Positions 1 to 12,989 of a stretch of DNA of 64,000 bases are shown here, piece after piece. A program made the translations under genes and the position numbers. The notes beneath the pieces were generated by a model, which was not told the DNA's origin, searched no databases, and worked only from the letters and a program-made list of their open reading frames with translations. Position 1 is the stretch's first letter; every line of letters starts with the position of its first letter. Source of the stretch: Antechinus flavipes (taxonomy: Eukaryota); contig NC_067401.1 of NCBI RefSeq assembly GCF_016432865.1, forward strand, positions 283,650,001 to 283,714,000. Reading direction: 5' to 3'.

Positions 1-248
1 TTCAATAAAATTCAGTAGCTCCTTATCTTTTAGATCAACTATAACATCTTTTGGATATTTAAAGCTCTCTAATATCTGACATCAATTCATCTTTCAAGGT
101 TTATTATGAGTACTCTATACTTCAACCGACCTGGCTATCTTCTTCTCATACATAACTCTCCAATTCTCATTTTCATGCCTTTGTACTGCTTTATTCCACT
201 TCATCTTTGTCTCTTAGGATCCCTAGTTTTCTTTAAGACTACGTACAA

Positions 249-400
249 ACCTATTCAACATGTAAAGGACTGCTTGCCATCTTGGGGAGGAGGTGGAGGG
301 AGGGAGGGGAAAAATTGGAACAGAAGTGAGTGCAAGGGATAATGCTATAAAAAATTACCCTGGCATGGGTTCTGTCAATAAAAAATTATTAAAAAAAAAA
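249..400 (+). mobile_element. 5'-truncated L1 3' end with poly(A)
   Basis: L1 3' UTR G-rich tract and poly(A); 14-bp TSD AAGACTACGTACAA at 235-248 and 401-414; target TT|AAGA. Confidence 0.85.
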
Positions 401-499
401 AAGACTACGTACAAGCATTGCCTTATACATCAAGTTTTTCCTGATCCCTAGCTGCTGGCATCTTCTCTCTGAAAAATAACCTTGCATTTATTTTGATAT

Positions 500-818
500 G
501 TTTTTTTCCCCAAATATGCAAAGTTGGTTTTCAACATTCATCTTTGCAAAACCTTGCATTATAAATTTTTCTCTTTCTCCTCCCCCCCTCCCATCCCAAG
601 ACAGCAAACAATCTGATATAGGTTAAATGTGCAGTTCTTCTAAATATATTTCTATATTCATTATGTGGCACCAAAGAAAAAAAATCAGGTCAAAAGGAAA
701 AAAAATAAGCAAATGAACAACAACAACAAAAGGTGAAAATACTATGCTTTGATCCACATTCAGTCTCCATAGTTCTCTCTCTGGATATGGATAGCACTTT
801 CCATCTCAAGTCTATTGG
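500..818 (-). mobile_element. L1 3' UTR fragment
   Basis: Reverse complement of the marsupial L1 3' UTR seen at 15500-15880. Confidence 0.8.
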
Positions 819-1299
819 AATTCTTGCATTTATTTTGTATTAAACTACACATATGCACATTGTCTCTGTCAGCAGTATGTAAACTCCTTGACAGTAGGCA
901 TTATTTCACTCATCTTGTATTCCCAATATCAACTAGGCACTTAAAAAATGTTTATTGATTGACGATCCTAACTCTTTTAAAGTGCTTCATGTTATTTTAT
1001 TCTGTGGGTCAGTCATGGAGATATAGGCACATATTTCTGAAATACATTTTGGTTGAAAATTCATTTTGGAAATATCCATAATGGAGATGTTATGGCTTAT
1101 TATAGTGGTCTTATGTTGCTTATTATATATCATACTTCTTGGAAAAAGTTGTATCCATAGCTCTCTAGAGAAAGCTAGCTAGCTACATCCTTTTAGACAA
1201 GGAAACATCCTTCCCAGGAAGAGAAGAAAGTTTTGCTGATTTATTTAGGAGTGGTATTATGAGACAAACATTTTGCAAAATCATAGAATTTAAAAGTTA

Positions 1300-3200
1300 G
1301 AAGGGATCTCAGCAGCTATTTAGGAAGATCCATAAAAGAAATCTCTATTATAATGTACCTAACAAGTGACTGACCAGGCTCTACATGAAGACCTCCATCA
1401 TACCTAATCCCTTTTGAGGCAGGTTATTCTTTTATTCAGACAGTGAAAATGTTACAAAAGTGTCCTCTTTTCAACTTTCATTCCTTGCTTCCAGTACTGC
1501 TTATTTGGGCCAAACAGAACAAATCTAAACTCTTATTCACATGACAACCTTTTTTTTTTCTTTTTAAAAATTTTTTGAGTTTTGTGTGGTTATTTCTTTT
1601 TTTAAATAATATTTTTTCAATTTCATGTAAAAACAATTATTAACAATTCATTTTTTTTTAAATTTTGAGTTTCAAATTCTTACTCTCCCTAGCTCCCCCA
1701 TCCATGAGATGATAAGATATTTGATATAAATTATACATAATATCATAACCTTTCAAAAACTTGAAGACCGTTATTGTGCTCCTTTCCCCAGTCTTTTCCC
1801 TAGGATAAACATGCCCATTTCCTTTAACCAGTAGTCATATGTTGTGGACTCAAGGTCCACAGTTATTAATTTATTAATAATATTAAATACTAGTTATCAA
1901 TTTATTAATGTCTGATGAATTTTTCTTGATTTATTAATTTGTTTTATTAGTTATTATATTATTTTTTATTAATTCATTTATTAATATCTTTCTTAAACCT
2001 TAATATCCAGAAATGAACACAGCATTTCAAATGAAGCCTGATAAGAACAGAGTAGGACTATCAATTCCCTGTGCTATTCCTGGAAGCTATGCCCTTCCCT
2101 TCATCTCAAGATCTCATTGGTTTTGGGGTTGGGTTTTTGGTTTTTCTTTTGGCTGCTACATGATGCTGCTTTCTCATATAATATCTTCCTCATATTTAGT
2201 TCACTAAATATGGATCATTTTCAGAACAACTGCAGTGTGATCATACCTATAACCATCTTATACTTTTTTGTAATCTAGTACAAGATTACTTTCTTCCTTA
2301 TTGAATTTCATCTAATTGGACTTAATTCTGCAGTGAGGTGACACAATGGATAGAGCATTGACCATGGAGTTAGGAAAAACTAAGTTCAAATGTGGCCACA
2401 GACAGCTGTGTGACCTTGGACAAGCTACTTTATCCTATTTACCTCAGTTTCTTCATCTGCAAAATGAGCCAGAAAAAGAAATGGCAACACTCCGGTATCT
2501 TTGCCAAGAAAACTCCAAACAGAGTCATGAAGAATCAGATACTACTGAAAAATGACTGAAAGATTTGGACCAATGTTCTAGTTTGTAGGGATCTTTTTAG
2601 GATCCTGTGTCATCTAGTATGGTAACTATTCCTTCTAGGTTTGTGTAATCTGCAAATCTGATGAGTTTATTATCTATGCCTTAATCTAAATCACTGATAA
2701 AAATGTTATGCAACACTGGGCCAAGGACAGATCCCTGGGTTACTCTATTGGAGACCTCCTGCCACTTTGAAAGTCTTTAGCAATTTCTCTTTGAGTTCAG
2801 CTAGAATTTATAACTGAAGAATTTATAAATCCATATGATTATATTATCCACATATCACTGTATTTTCTATAAAAATAGTTTAAGATGTTTTGTTAAAACT
2901 TTAATAAAATCCAGATGAACCATATCCATAACAATCCCTCCATCTATAATTTGGTAAAAAATAAATGAGCTTAATTTGCTATGACCTTTTCTTAATGAAG
3001 TCAGGATGGCTCTATGTAATCACTACTTGCTTTTCTAGGTGTTTGTCAACCATCTCATTAATGATCTGTTCTACAATTTTCCCAGGAATAAACTCAAGTT
3101 TATTGGCATGTAGGTTGGAGAAATATGTTGATAATGATGTTTTGAACCTAAGAATGACATACATTATTTGACTCTCATAGTGCTTTTGAATCTAATAGTA
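1300..3200 (-). mobile_element. Degraded CR1/L3 LINE ORF2, interrupted by an L1 tail (about 1560-1745) and a MAR1-like SINE
   Basis: Minus strand of about 2620-2740 translates as [34 protein letters not shown], typical CR1 reverse transcriptase motifs. Confidence 0.75.
2328..2558 (+). mobile_element. MAR1-like CORE-SINE
   Basis: tRNA-like head, CORE (cctcagtttcttcatctgcaaaatg) and RTE-type tail (atctttgccaagaaaactccaaa...gactgaa). Confidence 0.8.
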
Positions 3201-4145
3201 TACTAGGCACTGCTAAATTCAAGAGCTCAAAAGATACAAACAAAAAAGTTTCTGCCCCTGAGGAATTTTATTACATTCTGTTGGGGGAAATAATACATAC
3301 AAATATAAGTAAACAAGACACATATGAAGTAAATTTAATGTAATTTTTTATGAGGCTGCACTAAGTAAAGTAATTTTTTAAGGGGCATTAACGTCATACA
3401 GAAGATAGTGCTTAGACCAATTTTTAGAGGAAGTTAAGAGATTTCAAGAGGTGGGAGCTGAGAAGGTAGTTTACTGTAGGCATAAGGACAGCTTTTGTTA
3501 AGGAATGGAGATGAAGATAAAATTCTTTGCATGAGGAAAAGCAAGTCAACCTTTATAGCTAGGATGTGGAATATGTGAAAGGAAGTAATGCATAATAAGC
3601 TTAGAAAGATAGGATTTAATCTAATTGTGAAGGGCTTTGAATGCCAAACAAATGGAACTGTATTTGATCCTGTATACAACAGGGAGCTCCTGGAGGTTTT
3701 TGAGTGACCTAGTCGGATCTATGCTTTAAGAGTATTATTTTGGACATTGGATGGATTGGAGAGATTTGAGGCAAGGAGACCAAATGTAAGATTATTTAAA
3801 TGAGCCAAGTGGGAAGTGATGAATGAGGGCTTGAAACAGAAAATGGTGGAAAGAAGAGAATGAAGGGATGTGAGGTATATTGTAGAGAGAGAGCTGCTGA
3901 GGCTTGCGCATTGATTAGAAATGATGGAGAGGGGCAGTAAGGGGAATTGAAGAATGGAGCAGAGGGTATCTGCTAACTTGTGGATCAGGGTGATAGGAGG
4001 GCAGTGTGCCTTCTATAGAAATGAGGAAGCTTGAAAAATAGGTGTGTAGTGGAAGTAGTGAAATAATGAATTCTATTTTGCATATGTTAAGTTTGAGATG
4101 CCTTCAAGACATTCATTTGTCAACATCCAGGTTGAGAGATGTAGG
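3190..4145 (-). mobile_element. L2 LINE fragment
   Basis: Purine-rich + strand with L2 motifs (aggcactgcta, agtttgagatgcc). Confidence 0.6.
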
Positions 4146-4932
4146 GGAAGGAACTCATTGCTTCAGTTTAGAGTTTGGGTTGTGGGGAAGGAGTAATAGA
4201 GCTTTGCCTTCTGTACCCTTCTTTCCACTTGTGTCTCCCCATTGTTGTAAGCTTATGAGATCTCCTTTCAGTCTCTGTGAAATCTGCCTCATCTGAGAAT
4301 TTTAAGCCTTGCTCCTTCTGCTGAGGAGAAAACCAGGTTCTCTTCCTGCCTTGTTGAACTTGAAATCATTTCCACCTTCCATGAGAGACAGGCCTTTAAA
4401 GATCATTCTGCATTCTGGATGGCACACAGATAAGCCTTTGTTTGGATTCCTCAAGTTCATGTCCCTACTTGCAGAAGACTTCTTAGGCATTTGGATCCAG
4501 GGTTTAGCTGAGGGAAGGATTGCAACAGATTTATCCATTCTACAGATCTGAACCTAGTTGTGGGAAAGAAGAACAAGAGCATATATGTAAAGGGTTGTAG
4601 ACTGTAATCCCTGGGAGTTTGCCATAAAGGATACCTTATTCTTCAAGCAAAGAAAGTCCCTGAATTTTACTTTCCTTACCTTTCTAGGATTACTCTGGGA
4701 ACTGCAGCAGTGGTCACATAGGCAGATATGACATTTTCTTAGTCAACAGCTGGCCTTTTTAATGGATTCCCTAGTTTCCACAGGCAATAAGGACACTGCA
4801 AGATTATTCCTTTGCTTAAAAAACTCGGTAATCCATTTTGATTAGTTATAATAAAAAGCAGATACGGTGATAATCTTCAGTGGCCTGAGACCCAGAAGAT
4901 CTCTTCTGAAGGAGGGTAGGACGGGTAGAGAT

Positions 4933-5117
4933 CAGAACTTCTTAAACTTTTTTCCACTCATGATCCTTTTTGCCTGAGAAATTTTTTATGCACATTTAGG
5001 GTATGTAAAATAGATATACAAATCAAACATTTACTGATAATAAACCATAATTTTGCTTCACCCACATACAGTTGCGTTACCCATATGAGATTGTGATGCA
5101 TAGTTTAAAAAGCTTTG
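4933..5117. mobile_element. hAT-Charlie-like MITE
   Basis: Imperfect TIRs cagaacttcttaaact / agtttaaaaagctttg; related to the element at 58683-59012. Confidence 0.6.
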
Positions 5118-5296
5118 CTATACATGATGAATATGGAAGCATATTTAGAAGAATTACACATATTTAATGTATATCAGATTGCTTACCCTTTAGTGGGGTG
5201 GGAAGAAAAAGTTGAAACACAGGATTTTGCATAAGTGAATGTTGAGAGCTATCTTTGCATGTTTAAAAAAATAAAATATTATTAAAGGAAAAAAAA
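5118..5296 (+). mobile_element. L1 3' UTR tail
   Basis: L1 3' UTR text and A-tail; apparent TSD AAAAAGCTTTG at 5107-5117 and 5292-5302. Confidence 0.7.
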
Positions 5297-7624
5297 GCTT
5301 TGTTTAAAATAATTAATATTTTTGTATGTTTTGTTTTATTTTATTTTGTTTAAGACTCCTTTACAATACAGGTATTTTGGTAATTCTATTTATGCTAGAT
5401 TTTGAATTTTTAGCTTTGAAAAATATGTATTGTACCAGAGAACAAGAGACATGGAAGGAATCTAGAGAAGCGGCATAAGTTTCCCCCTTTTGCTTTTACT
5501 GGCAATATAACCAAAAGAGAGTAGACTTGGATACTAGACCTATTTTTGCCATCCCTCTGTGTGATCTGAGTGAAATCTGAGGTTCTTTGTCAAATGAGGA
5601 GAATAATTCTCTCTGTGTGTCTCATAGGAATGTTGTAAGAACATTTAAAATACTCATGTAAAAGTAGAGTACTTTTAGTTCCCTAGAAGAAAATTATTAT
5701 TAATGGGCCTAAATCATACCAGACAGATGAGAATCTACTTTAGAGACCCCCAGAGGGAATTTTCATAACCTTCTTTAAGAATCCATTCCATCTTAAATTT
5801 TTTCCTTCATTTGTTTTTGGTGTAATTTTAGCATGCCTGAATTACAAATGTCTTTATTAAAACAACAATTTCCACGAGCTTAACTCATTAGTCATATAGC
5901 AGTAGCTTAATTTGCTTGTAGAAATATAACTGAAAAGATACTCGCCCATTCTTAGCCTCTAAATGTATCCCATTAGCCCTATTATCACTATATTCCACAT
6001 TTAAAAAAAAAAAAGTATTGATTATATAAGAGGGTTGGCCTAAATAATCTCTTAGGATCCTACCCATCTCTAAATCTCTTGATTCCCATGATTAAATTTA
6101 CTAGGTTCTATCCATTTTTAGTGAAAAATACATAATAAATCGGCAGTGCTAATGTTCTTTTGAAAAAAAAATTCCCTAAATTTTATTTTCTTTAAGACCT
6201 TTTCACTCCATATCAACATCTTAAAAATTTCCAGACCTTGCAAAGGCTTGATCATACTTCATCATCTATATAATTTCCCAATATTTTTCAACTGGCTTAC
6301 CTTATTGTGAGGTTAAATTCTACCCCTTAGTTTTTCTCTTTTGATATGACTTCTTTCATTCCATTCCTTTGTATAATAATTCTTCTGCCAATTACAGCCT
6401 TCAATTTCCCACTGGCTCAAGAGGCTTATAATCACTCACAGCACAGGTCAGAGCCCTTCAATCATCAATGCAATGGTGCATCATGCATCATAAGAAGCAG
6501 AGGGTATGTTTGCATTGGTACAAATCCAGCCCTACTCCTGCTGTTCTTGATCCTGCTGATGGATCTGTAGACTTATTTTCCTTTTAAAAAATTATCGATG
6601 AAATAACTACCCACAAAAACATTCCTTTGATACCCAAACTATCTTGAGCTCATTTTTAATACTGTACAAATAATATATTATTTATCAATCAATCAACAAG
6701 AATTAATTTAATAAGCACCTGCTATGTAGAAGGTACTCTGAAAGGTGCTGAAGATAAAAAGCTGAGTACCTACCTTCCAAGAGTTTATAGTCTTTCATGA
6801 GGGAGATAATATGTGTGCATATATATGTTAATATCTACATATAAATATATGTATAACAATAGAGATGCATCTATATTTATATATTTACATGTATATATAC
6901 ATAAATGACCTTTATGTAGAGATATTTACAGATATACCTATTTTGCATTTTTCTCTATCTCTATAGCAACATATCTAGATATATAGCTATATTTATCTAA
7001 ATATATACAAAATTGATATAAAACAGTGGAGAGGACACAGAAAGAGACCCAGAGAGACAGAGACAAAGTGAGGGAGAACAAGAGAAAGGGAGGGAGAAAG
7101 AAAAACAGAGACAAAGTTAGAGAGGGGGAAGGAAAAAAACTCCAAAAGTTCAAAACCAACCAATGCATTAACCATGTTCATTGTCATTTGCAAAATTTTG
7201 AAGTCCCCTAATTCTGCAAAGAAGGCAGGAGATGCATCTCCTCTTTGGGGCTAACCTTAGCCATTATAATTTCATAGAATTAAGTTTTTATTTCATCATT
7301 GTTATTCTTTTTCCTTTCCTTTCCATTGCTGTAATCATTATATAGCATTGTTTTCTTGTTTCTGCTTCTTTCCCTTTGCATATGTTTTTCAAAGCCCAGA
7401 TTCAAACCTTAGCTCTATAATTCATTTTCAGTCTCTCTGGAACTCAGTTTTCTACAATGTAAAATTAGGAAGCTTGGACCAGAAGAATCTTTTCTAGCTC
7501 CAAGTTCTATCTATGCTGCTATAAACTGAACAAGTTTCACTTTTTATGAGTCTCTGCTTATGTTCTTCCTTATACAAAGTATTCCTTCTCACTTCTATCT
7601 AGCATTTCAAAATCTATGGGTAGT

Positions 7625-7860
7625 GGTTGTTTTTCAGTTTTTGGAGTGACCCACTCTTCATGACCCCATTTGGTGTTTTCTTGGCAAAGATACTGGACAG
7701 TTTTGCCATTTTCTTCTCCAGCTCATTTACAGATGAGGAAACTGATTCAAGTTTAAAAAGATAAAAATCACTTATCCAAGTTTACAGTTAGTAAGTAACA
7801 GATCTGGAATTAGAATTGACATCATTAAATTCTGAAACCAGGGCTCAGTTCATTACACCA
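7625..7860 (-). mobile_element. MAR1-like SINE
   Basis: ttttcttggcaaagatactgg...gccattttcttctccagctcatttacagatgaggaaact. Confidence 0.75.
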
Positions 7861-8762
7861 TCCCAGGTATTTAGCATTTATTTTATGCCTGCCTTACATA
7901 TAGTAGGTGCTGGGTAATTTTTTTTTCCTTAATTTTGATTTGACTGACACAAGGTTGGAACAGAGGATTGTAGAAACCTTCATCCTCATTATCAATTTAA
8001 ATAGAAAATGCTTTTAAATAATTCTGGAAGAATAACCCCTGAATTTGATTGGAAGCAAAACGTGTGAATGAGGTGAGTTGATTTCCCAGTTTGGTTTTGC
8101 TTTCTCAGACCAGATTCCACTTCTGTTCTCCTTGCCACAGTCCAGGAAAAAAGAACCAGTTGAGCTAGAGTTATGGAAATGATAGACCTTAGTTTTTAAT
8201 GCTTAGGAAGTTGGGGATTAAGTGTGTCTGAAGAAAGGTGGAGGTGGGGGGATGTGTTATAAGCCAGGGCAAGAATTTTACGTTCTCTAGAGGAGCTAAT
8301 ACTTCAAGGAAGGTAAGCATCTCCAAATTCCAACTACTCATTAGTCTTCATCCCCCTACTAGGGAATTTTTAACACCCTCTCCCAGACTTTTCACCAAAC
8401 TGGTTCTGCAAATATATCTGGAAGATGGATGGGTGTGATATAATACTGTCAGTTTCCAGAAAGAAACACCCAGTAAAGCTCTCAATTAATGTGAGGGGCC
8501 ATAGTAAATTGGGTGGGAGTAGATTGAGGCAAAAACAAAAACAAAAACAGAACAGAGGATCTAGAGACTCCTAGTTTACACCATGGAGTAGCAAAAGCTC
8601 CAACAAGTAGACAAAAGATGGCAAAAGATGAGGTTTTGAATTTGACATAAAAAAAATTTAAAACAATTAAAGAACTATTCTTTTGATCAGACCTATGATT
8701 TCATTAATGAAGAGTGTTGACTCTACAGCTCAAGATGGGCACTTGTTCTACAATTTATAATC

Positions 8763-9134
8763 GTTTAAAAAAATAGCTTTTTTTATTTTCAAAATACATG
8801 CAAAGAAAGTTTTCAGCATTCACTCTTGCAAAACCTTGTGCTACAAATTTTCTCCCTCCCTTCCCCCACTCCCTTCCCTAGACAGCAAGCAATCCAATAT
8901 AGTTTCAACATGTACAATTCTTCTATATATGTTTCCACTTTTATTATGCTACACAAGAAAAATCAGATCAAAAGGGGGAAAATGAGAAAAACAAAAACAA
9001 AAAAACAAGCAACAACCAACAAAAAAAGGTTTAAAAACAGTTATGTTGTGATCCACATTCAGTCCCTACAGTTCTTTTTCTAGCTGCGGATCGCTCTCTC
9101 CATCACAAGTCTATTGGAATTGGCCTGATTCACC
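8763..9134 (-). mobile_element. L1 3' UTR insertion
   Basis: Perfect 16-bp TSD TCTACAATTTATAATC at 8747-8762 and 9135-9150. Confidence 0.88.
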
Positions 9135-9477
9135 TCTACAATTTATAATCTTAAAAATTTCTTGGTACATAAAGGACTTGGCCTAAGATCATACTGCTAG
9201 TATGTGTCAAAAAGATTGGACTTGAACTCAGGTCTTGGGATCAGTTTTAGAGCTGAAAGGAATCTTAATTTTTTCATTTTACACATGAAGAAATTAAGGC
9301 ACAAAGATTAAATGATTACCCAAGGATGCACAGGTAGTAAATGGAAGAGACAGAATTCAAACTCAAGTCCTTTTATTTAAAATTCACTATACCACCTACT
9401 CTATTCACCAAGCCTCCAATTCTATTAAAAATAGTAAATATTTTTGAAGCATTTTTGAAAATCTAAGATTACTTGGA

Positions 9478-9722
9478 GGCAGGTGACACAAGTGGATGGG
9501 GTGCCAGGACTGGAGTCAGGAAGACCTAAATTCAAATCCAGCCATAGAATCTTTGTAGCTGTGTGATCCTGGGTAAGTCACTTAACTCTGCCTCAGTTCC
9601 CTCATCTGTAAAATGAATTGGAGAAGGAAATGACAAACCACTCTGGTGTCTTTGCCAAGAAAATCCCAAATAGGGTTACAAAGAATCAGATATAACTGAA
9701 AAAAAAAAAGAAACTAAACAAG
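9478..9722 (+). mobile_element. MAR1-like SINE
   Basis: Head, CORE and RTE-type tail as at 2328. Confidence 0.8.
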
Positions 9723-10627
9723 ATTATTTGAGATAAATCATGTTGCAAATACATGTCTATGTTATTATTTATATTTTATCATATACATTATATATAATAG
9801 ATTTGTTACATATTATTAATTAGCATAAGGAACATATCTTTCTGTCCCTATTACTCAAAGGTAGTATTAAAAAAAAGTATAGGAGGAAAGTTAGCTATGG
9901 TAATGCTGAAAATGATCTAATTCTCCTTCTTTCTGAGCCCTCACCCTCTGGGTTCTGAAATCACACAGTAATAAAAATCAGGATAAGAAATATCAACTTT
10001 GGATCTGCTTTCCCATTTTGGGACTCACCCATTTGTGAGAAAGGTGAGTATATGAAGGAAAGTCCCAGAACTAAATAGAACTCTTGGGAAAACCTAACTT
10101 GAGAAACTGGAAGTAAGGAGCACATTAAAGTGCTATTTCCAAATTCCACACCCTGTCAAAAATGCCAATTGTTAATGGTAAATGAATGACAGTCACTGGG
10201 TTATCCCACCTATGCCCGTAGGACAAAATCCTTTAGGTGAAGGGGGGAAAATACCTATATGAATCAGTCTTCCATTTGATATCTTCACATTCTATATCAA
10301 TCACTCAATCAACATGCATTTATTAAGCTCTTACTATGTACTAGGAGTTGTGCTAGCCAATGGGAACAGAAAGAAATAGTGATATTTTCTTCTGGGTGTT
10401 TGCCTGTGATAGGGAAGACAGTATGATCATAAGTGGGCAAATACAAGATGTATACAAAGGAGATATAAAGTAGACTGCAAGCAGCTGGGGGGATTAAATC
10501 TCATGCAGAAAGTGAGGTAAAGAAAAACAGGAATCCTAGGAAGGAGGGTTTTTCAGGTATTAGGGATAGTCAGGGCAAACAACACAGAGTTTTGTAGGAA
10601 GACCAGCAGGTTCTTCATAAACAAATA

Positions 10628-10757
10628 NNNNNNNNNNNNNNNNNNNNNNNNNNNNNNNNNNNNNNNNNNNNNNNNNNNNNNNNNNNNNNNNNNNNNNNNN
10701 NNNNNNNNNNNNNNNNNNNNNNNNNNNNNNNNNNNNNNNNNNNNNNNNNNNNNNNNN
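10628..10757. other. Assembly gap (130 N)
   Basis: Run of N. Confidence 1.
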
Positions 10758-11126
10758 CATTTATTAATCACCTAATAAGTGCCAGGAACTGTGCTAAGTG
10801 TCAGACAAATATTATCTCAGTTTGATCCTTACAACAATAAAATTCTCTTTTTATAGTTGAGGAGGATCAGCTAGATAGCATACTGCATAGAGTATAGGGC
10901 CCAAAGTCAAGAAAATCTGAGTTCAAATTCAGCCTCAGATACTTAACACTAGATGTGTGTGACTCTGGCCAATTGTCTGAAAACAAAAACAAAACAAAAC
11001 AAAAAAAAAAAAAGATATAGTTGAGGAAACTGGGGCAGACACAGTGCTTTGCCCAGGATCACACAGCTAGTAAATTCTGGATTTTAACTCAGACTTTCCT
11101 GACTATGAAATTCTTGAAAGAAACTC

Positions 11127-11935
11127 CAAATTATGCCCAAAAAGTTATCAAACTGTGCATACCCTTTGATCCAGCAGTGTTTCTATTGGGCTTATACCCC
11201 AAAGAGATACTAAAAAAGAGAAGGGGACCTGTATGTGCCAAAATGTTTGTAGCAGCCCTGTTTGTAGTGGCTAGAAACTGGAAAATGAATGGATGCCCAG
11301 CAATTGGAGAATGGCTGGGTAAATTGTGGTATATGAATGTTATGGAATATTATTGCTCTGTAAGGAATGACCAGCAGGATGAATACAGAGAGGCTTGGAG
11401 AGACCTATATGGACTGATGCTAAGTGAGATGAGCAGAACCAGGAGATCATTATACACTTCGACAACGATATTGTATGAGGATGTATTCTGATGGAAGTGG
11501 ATTTCTCTGACAAAGAGACTTAACTGAGTTTCATTGGAGAAATGATGGACAGAAACAGCTACACCCAAAGAAGGAATACTGGGAAATGAATGTGAACTAT
11601 TTGCATTTTTGATTTTCTTCCCGAGTTATTTTTACCTTCTGAATCCAATTCTCCCTGTGCAACAAGAGAACTGTTCGGTTCTGCAAATATGTATTGTATC
11701 TAGGATATACTGCAACATATTTAACATACATAGGACTGCTTGCCATCCTGGGGGGGGGGGAGGAGGGAGGGAGGGGAAAAAACGAAATATAAGTGATTGC
11801 AAGGGATAATGTCGTGTAAAAATTATCCTGGCATGGATTCTGTCAATACAAAGTTATTATTAAATAAAATAAAATTTAAAAAAAAAAAAAAGAAAAGAAA
11901 ATTAGTGAGGACTGGAAAAAAAAAAAAAAAAGAAA
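11127..11935 (+). mobile_element. Young 5'-truncated L1 (ORF2 C-terminus, 3' UTR, double poly(A))
   Basis: Stop-free ORF2 end YAQKVIKLCIPFDPAV...YEDVF* (stop ends 11491); 11-bp TSD GAAAGAAACTC at 11116-11126 and 11936-11946. Confidence 0.93.
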
Positions 11936-12989
11936 GAAAGAAACTCTCCAAAGAGGAGAGTTTGTCTTTTTACTCAGAGGTAACATAGAGGTAACAGTAG
12001 TCACTGGTCTTGCACAGCTGTGTGTTAGAGCTACAATGAGGAGAGACTGGAGGCTCTTAAGAACAGTTTGGAAGCTATTTCAATTACAGGAGTGAGAAGT
12101 GATGAGAGTCTGAACCAGGGGGTGATCTTGTGAGGGAAAAGGAAAATGTATATAAGAGATCTTGTGGAAATAGGAAAAAAAAATACAGATCACATGAAAT
12201 GTTCCTTGTTGAAGCAGAGATAAGTGACTTGCTCAGTCATACAACTAGGAAGTGTCTGAGGCTGTATTTGAACTCAGGTCTTCTTGACTTCAGGCTGGTC
12301 TCTATCCATTCTACTATCTAGACACTCCTCATTCTTATTCTTGCAAAAGAATTTTTTTAAACCAAAAAACTCTACTGCTTTAATGTTCTATTATATAAAT
12401 GTTAGCTCTTTCTATCATTGTAGATCCATCAGTGTACAGTAGACTTGTCCATTGACCAATCCAATTAAGTTCAAAAAGGCTTGTAACTAAATGGACCCCA
12501 GAGTAATGATTTTTTTAGCTAAAGTAATTCTCAAACCTGTATACTAAGGCATTAGAGGCTGAGCTGTAAGTAGAATTAGTGTTTGGTTGGTTGTTTTTTA
12601 AACCACAATCAGAAAGTAAGGAAATCACCATCAGTTGAGATAAGATGGAGAAAGAAGACTCAGTGTTAAGGATGTAGATAGAGCAGGACTCTATTCTCAT
12701 TCCAGCAGGCCACTTACTAGTTTCCAATGTTAATTGATGATTATTGCTAATTAGATTGTCAATTGTTAGGAGAAAGGGATGATAGGGATAGGAGTCTGAT
12801 GCTTTTTTTTTTTTCCAATATTCTAATTTTATTTTATTTTATATTTTGATTTTACTGACATTGTACTTCAATCTTAAAGCAATTATGCAAAACAAGCACT
12901 ATAGTGATCTCATCTATAGATACATGCAGTATTTAACTCCAAACTCTTTATTTTAAGACAATTTATTTTATTTTATTTTATTTTATTTT

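Noticed and set aside
4302-4551. Overlapping ~80-aa ORFs on both strands in unique DNA
   Set aside because: No recognisable domain or splice context, and the length is within chance expectation.
8065-8078. Perfect donor AG|GTGAGT as a hidden exon end
   Set aside because: No convincing acceptor or coding frame; such motifs occur by chance in 64 kb.
10553-10771. ORFs spanning N runs (also 18771-19127 and 38341-38553)
   Set aside because: Artefacts of assembly gaps.
11021-11491. 156-aa ORF as a host gene
   Set aside because: It is a MIR-like fragment fused in frame to the L1 ORF2 C-terminus.
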